Of a stretch of 50,155 nt of DNA, positions 45,982 to 50,155 are shown in pieces. Under the pieces are notes generated by a model. It searched no databases. It saw only the letters and a program-made list of their open reading frames with translations, and was not told where the DNA came from. This stretch comes from a virus (taxonomy: Duplodnaviria > Heunggongvirae > Uroviricota > Caudoviricetes): the IMG/VR virus record IMGVR_UViG_2870479586_000004. One strand, given 5' to 3'. The position numbers and the translations under genes are program-made. The stretch's first letter is position 1. Every line of letters begins with the position of its first letter.

Positions 45982-46074
45982 AACAGCACCGTAATAAATA
46001 TCCAGTTTCATTCTTATATGTCAGCAATGGCAGAGATTTGTTCACCCTTAAATCTGTGATGAGGTTTATCAATA

Positions 46075-48516
46075 ATGAGCACTGATAAAGAAGAATTTGC
46101 ACTATATTGCGAAGCAAAAAATGACAAAGTAAGAAAACGCCTGGGAATTAAAGGTGGTTTTTACTGGACTACAGCAAAAAAATTATCTGTTGCAATCTCC
46201 CGCTGCATTACCGCAATGGATGACAACGATTATGATGAAGACGACTTTAAAAAACCCGTCCGCGTCAATTTGCCCGTTGTTGACGACCTTCCGCCAGAAG
46301 GCGTGTTTGATACTGAATTCTGCAACCGCTATGAAAAAGGCGGGAAAGATGGCATCACAATGACATTTATCGGCCCTTCCCCCTCTGTTCAGGACAAATC
46401 AGCCAGCACTGATAATACCAACATCAACGGCGAAGACATGACTGAGATTGAGGAGAGCATGCTTCTACCTGTCTCCGGTCAGGAACTGCCCATTCGTTGG
46501 CTTGCTCAACACGGCAGCGAAAAACCAGTAACGCACATTTCACGCGACGAACTCCAGGCATTACACATTGCACGGGCTGAAGAACTACCGGCTGTTACTG
46601 CCCTGGCTATTTCGCATAAAACCAGTCTGCTCGACTCGCTGGAGATTCGCGACCTCCACAAACTGGTTCGTGACACTGACAAAGTTTTCCCTAATCCTGG
46701 TAATTCAGACCTGGGACTAATAACTGCTTTTTTCGAAGCATACCTGGACGCTGACTACACTGATCGGGGTCTGCTGACAAAAGAGTGGATGAAAGGAAAT
46801 CGTGTTTCACGCATCACCCGCACGGCTTCCGGTGCTAATGCTGGCGGTGGGAACAAAACCGATCGCAATCCGAATTTAGTACACACCCTCGACACACTGG
46901 ATGTGGAGATTGCAGCAGCCACACTTCCGATGGATTTTAATATTTATGAAATTCCGGGCAGCGTTTATCGTCGCGCAAAAGAAGTAGTCCTGAAAAAAGA
47001 AAGTCCGTTCAAAGAATGGTCCGCAGCACTTCGTGCAACCCCGGGTATTCTGGACTATTCCCGCGCCGCTATTTTTGCACTTATCCGAAGCGTACACCCT
47101 GAATTTTATCACTACCCGGGACGCCTTCAGGGGTATATCAACGCCTATTTGACGGAAACTGATCACGAGAACCCCAGCAAGGAAACTCTCACAGCTGCCC
47201 GGCATACGCCGGAAAAAGATATCCTGGAAGAAATTAACCGCGAGGTGGTTACTGAGCGTGAAACAGAAGAAGAAAAACCACAACCATCTGACGCAATGGC
47301 AGGTGAACAGGCAACAACTGAAACAATGGAACCGGATACAACTGAACATTGCCAGAACGCGCAGTCGCTGGATGCTCAGTCGCAGGTGAGTTCCGCTAAC
47401 CAAGTAAAAGTCACCGCTGACGAAGTAAACAAAATTATGCAGGCAGCCAATATCAGCCAGCCTGACGCCGATAAGTTACTTGCTGTATCGCGTGGTGAAT
47501 TTGTTGAGGGGATTAGCGACCCTAATGATCCGAAATGGGTCAAGGGGATCCAGACTCGCGATTCTGTGAACCAGAACCAGCAAGAAACGGAACAGAACGA
47601 CCAGAAAGCGGAACAAAACAGCCCAAATACGCAACAAAACGAGCCAGAAACGAAACAACCTGAACCAGTAGTGCAACAGGAACCGGAAAAGATCTGCACC
47701 GCCTGCGGTCATAGCGGTGGCGGCAACTGCCCTGATTGTGGTGCGGTGATGGGTGACGCAACATACCAGGAAATATTCGATGGAGAGAATCAGCCTGAAG
47801 TTCAGGAAAATGATCCGGAGGAAATGGAAGGCACTGCGCATCAGCACAAGGAGAACACTGGCGGCAATCAGCATCATGCCAGCGATAGTGAAACTGGCGA
47901 GGCGTCAGATCCCTTAATTAAGGCGAACGGTCATCATAATCTCACATCCACCAGCAGAGCGGGGATTCATCTGATGATCGACCTTGAAACCATGGGAAAA
48001 AATCCCGATGCCCCGATTATCTCAATAGGTGCAATATTTTTCGATCCGCAAACCGGAGATATGGGACCGGAATTTAGTAAGACTATCGATCTGGAAACTG
48101 CTGGCGGAGTCATTGATCGGGACACCATTAAATGGTGGCTTAAACAATCACGCGAAGCGCAATCTGCCATTATGACCGATGAAATCCCGTTAGATGATGC
48201 ACTGTTACAATTGCGGGAATTTATCGACGAAAACTCCGGTGAATTTTTTGTTCATGTCTGGGGAAATGGAGCCAACTTCGACAACACGATTTTGCGCCGC
48301 TCATACGAACGGCAGGGGATCCCCTGCCCGTGGCGTTACTACAACGATCGCGATGTACGCACAATCGTTGAGCTGGGGAAAGCCATAGACTTCGATGCCA
48401 GAACGGCTATTCCATTCGAAGGTGAGCGCCATAATGCACTTGATGACGCCCGTTACCAGGCAAAATACGTTTCAGCTATCTGGCAAAAACTGATCCCGAG
48501 TCAGGCTGATTCTTAA
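46075..48516 (+). CDS. ydfE: large prophage protein (YdfE-like), 813 aa: N-terminal domain, acidic/Gln-rich linker, CxxC...CxxC zinc ribbon, C-terminal DnaQ-like DEDDh 3'-5' exonuclease domain
   Basis: C-terminal motifs MIDLETMG, HVWGNGANFDNTIL, HNALDDARY typical of DEDDh exonucleases; zinc ribbon CTACGH...CPDCG; intact single ORF. Confidence 0.7.
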   Translation: MSTDKEEFALYCEAKNDKVRKRLGIKGGFYWTTAKKLSVAISRCITAMDDNDYDEDDFKKPVRVNLPVVDDLPPEGVFDTEFCNRYEKGGKDGITMTFIGPSPSVQDKSASTDNTNINGEDMTEIEESMLLPVSGQELPIRWLAQHGSEKPVTHISRDELQALHIARAEELPAVTALAISHKTSLLDSLEIRDLHKLVRDTDKVFPNPGNSDLGLITAFFEAYLDADYTDRGLLTKEWMKGNRVSRITRTASGANAGGGNKTDRNPNLVHTLDTLDVEIAAATLPMDFNIYEIPGSVYRRAKEVVLKKESPFKEWSAALRATPGILDYSRAAIFALIRSVHPEFYHYPGRLQGYINAYLTETDHENPSKETLTAARHTPEKDILEEINREVVTERETEEEKPQPSDAMAGEQATTETMEPDTTEHCQNAQSLDAQSQVSSANQVKVTADEVNKIMQAANISQPDADKLLAVSRGEFVEGISDPNDPKWVKGIQTRDSVNQNQQETEQNDQKAEQNSPNTQQNEPETKQPEPVVQQEPEKICTACGHSGGGNCPDCGAVMGDATYQEIFDGENQPEVQENDPEEMEGTAHQHKENTGGNQHHASDSETGEASDPLIKANGHHNLTSTSRAGIHLMIDLETMGKNPDAPIISIGAIFFDPQTGDMGPEFSKTIDLETAGGVIDRDTIKWWLKQSREAQSAIMTDEIPLDDALLQLREFIDENSGEFFVHVWGNGANFDNTILRRSYERQGIPCPWRYYNDRDVRTIVELGKAIDFDARTAIPFEGERHNALDDARYQAKYVSAIWQKLIPSQADS

Positions 48517-48588
48517 TGTTCAACTGTCGCCGGTTGTGACTGGTATTCTGCAACCGGCGCTCGTCTGATGTAAGAGATAAAGAAATCG

Positions 48589-48840
48589 ATGAGCGAAGTA
48601 ATCATGATTGTCTCTCCCGGCAAATGGGTATCCGAAGAGCAGTTAATTGCGCTGAAAGGAATAAAAAAAGGTACGTTAAAAAAGGCCCGGGAAAAATCGT
48701 TTATGGAAGGAAGGGAATATAAGCATGTCGCTCATGACGGTATGCCATGGGATAACAGTCCATGCTTTTACAACCTGGAAGAAATTGATCGCTGGATTGA
48801 GCGCCAGGCATCAGCAAGACCAAGACGTCATCTTACTTGA
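48589..48840 (+). CDS. xis: excisionase-like small DNA-binding protein, 83 aa
   Basis: Small basic ORF immediately upstream of the integrase in the same orientation. Confidence 0.6.
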   Translation: MSEVIMIVSPGKWVSEEQLIALKGIKKGTLKKAREKSFMEGREYKHVAHDGMPWDNSPCFYNLEEIDRWIERQASARPRRHLT

Positions 48841-48874
48841 CTAAAAGCCACACTAACTAATGAGAGAAGTTGAA

Positions 48875-50155
48875 ATGAAATATCCGACAGGCGTGGAAAA
48901 CCATGGAGGGAAATTACGTATCTGGTTTGTTTATAAAGGCGTAAGAGTCAGGGAAAACCTGGGGGTTCCTGACACAGCAAAAAACAGGCGCGTTGCAGGT
49001 GAGCTACGCGCCTCTGTTTGTTACGCAATAAAAACTGGTGTTTTCGACTATGCAAAACAGTTTCCCTCCTCACGCAATCTGGAAAAATTTGGTGAGGCCC
49101 GACAAGATTTAACCATAAAAGAACTGGCTGAAAAATTTCTGGCACTGAAAGAAACTGAAGTCGCCAAAACATCACTCAACACATACCGTGCCGTCATCAA
49201 AAATATCCTGAGCATAATCGGTGAAAAAAATCTTGCCTCATCGATTAATAAAGAAAAATTACTGGAGGTTCGTAAAGAGCTACTGACTGGATACCAGATC
49301 CCCAAAAGTAACTATATTGTTACACAACCAGGGAGATCGGCTGTAACTGTAAATAATTACATGACAAATCTTAACGCCGTGTTCCAGTTTGGTGTTGATA
49401 ACGGTTACCTGCCAGATAATCCGTTTAAGGGGATCTCGCCATTAAAGGAATCAAGAACCATTCCGGATCCTCTTTCGCGGGAGGAATTTATCCGTCTTAT
49501 CGATGCGTGCAGAAATCAGCAAGCAAAAAATTTATGGTGTGTTTCTGTTTATACTGGCGTTCGCCCTGGTGAGCTGTGTGCACTTGGATGGGAGGACATA
49601 GATCTGAAAAATGGAACAATGATGATCAGGAGAAATTTAGCAAAAGACCGTTTCACGGTACCAAAAACACAGGCGGGAACCAATCGGGTCATTCATCTTA
49701 TTAAGCCAGCAATCGACGCTCTCCGGAGTCAGATGACATTAACGAGACTGAGCAAAGAGCATATCATTGATGTTCACCTCAGAGAGTATGGCAGAACAGA
49801 AAAACAAAAATGCACCTTTGTTTTTCAACCTGAAGTGTCAGCGAGAGTAAAAAATTATGGTGACCATTTTACCGTTGACTCAATAAGGCAGATGTGGGAC
49901 GCAGCGATAAAACGTGCCGGACTCCGCCATCGAAAATCATATCAGTCGAGACATACTTATGCCTGCTGGTCGCTGACAGCTGGTGCTAACCCGGCATTTA
50001 TAGCAAACCAGATGGGCCATGCAGATGCGCAAATGGTATTTCAGGTATACGGAAAATGGATGTCTGAAAACAATAATGCACAGGTAGCTTTGTTAAATAC
50101 ACAGTTAAGCGAGTTTGCCCCAACCATGTCCCATAACGAAGCAATGAAAAATTAA
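48875..50155 (+). CDS. intQ: tyrosine-type phage integrase, about 426 aa, stop at window end
   Basis: MKYPTGVENHGGKLRIWF... N-terminal arm-binding region; catalytic region with RHRKSYQSRHTYA and conserved Tyr context; ORF-track alternative start at 48860. Confidence 0.85.
   Translation: MKYPTGVENHGGKLRIWFVYKGVRVRENLGVPDTAKNRRVAGELRASVCYAIKTGVFDYAKQFPSSRNLEKFGEARQDLTIKELAEKFLALKETEVAKTSLNTYRAVIKNILSIIGEKNLASSINKEKLLEVRKELLTGYQIPKSNYIVTQPGRSAVTVNNYMTNLNAVFQFGVDNGYLPDNPFKGISPLKESRTIPDPLSREEFIRLIDACRNQQAKNLWCVSVYTGVRPGELCALGWEDIDLKNGTMMIRRNLAKDRFTVPKTQAGTNRVIHLIKPAIDALRSQMTLTRLSKEHIIDVHLREYGRTEKQKCTFVFQPEVSARVKNYGDHFTVDSIRQMWDAAIKRAGLRHRKSYQSRHTYACWSLTAGANPAFIANQMGHADAQMVFQVYGKWMSENNNAQVALLNTQLSEFAPTMSHNEAMKN

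Overview
Almost the whole window is one lambdoid prophage sitting next to an MFS transporter gene (ydfJ-like, 1-1284). The minus strand carries a complete lambda-type virion module in lambda order (Nu1-A-W-B-C/Nu3-D-E-FI-FII-Z-U-V-G/T-H-M-L-K-I-J-lom-stf-tfa, 26297 down to 3307) with a recognisable cos site (cosN 26475-26486), then a Pin-type serine recombinase and ydfK. Beyond cos the content is Qin-like: ynfO/ydfO/gnsB/cspI morons, a lysis cassette (pinholin, SAR endolysin, Rz with embedded Rz1), cspB/cspF, late promoter, Q antiterminator, ydfU, rem, hokD-relE-relB, flxA, two divergent rve-family transposase genes, a decayed nin-like stretch, early genes (replication-like, Cro-like DicC, CI-like DicA), the ydfA-ydfBC-dicF-dicB-ydfD operon, a full-length ydfE-like exonuclease, xis and a tyrosine integrase at the right edge. 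Gene names are assigned from recalled lambda and E. coli K-12 Qin protein sequences; no database search was run. The main anomaly is that at least six conserved genes (pin, J, I, M, C/Nu3, dicA-like) each carry a single-base deletion at a G/C homopolymer, and one transposase carries an apparent single-base insertion at a C6 run, which looks more like systematic sequencing error than decay but cannot be settled from sequence alone. I found no CRISPR array, tRNA, or clearly novel multi-gene system; the most unusual region is 39.8-41.6 kb, where three reading frames are interrupted only by in-frame stop codons.
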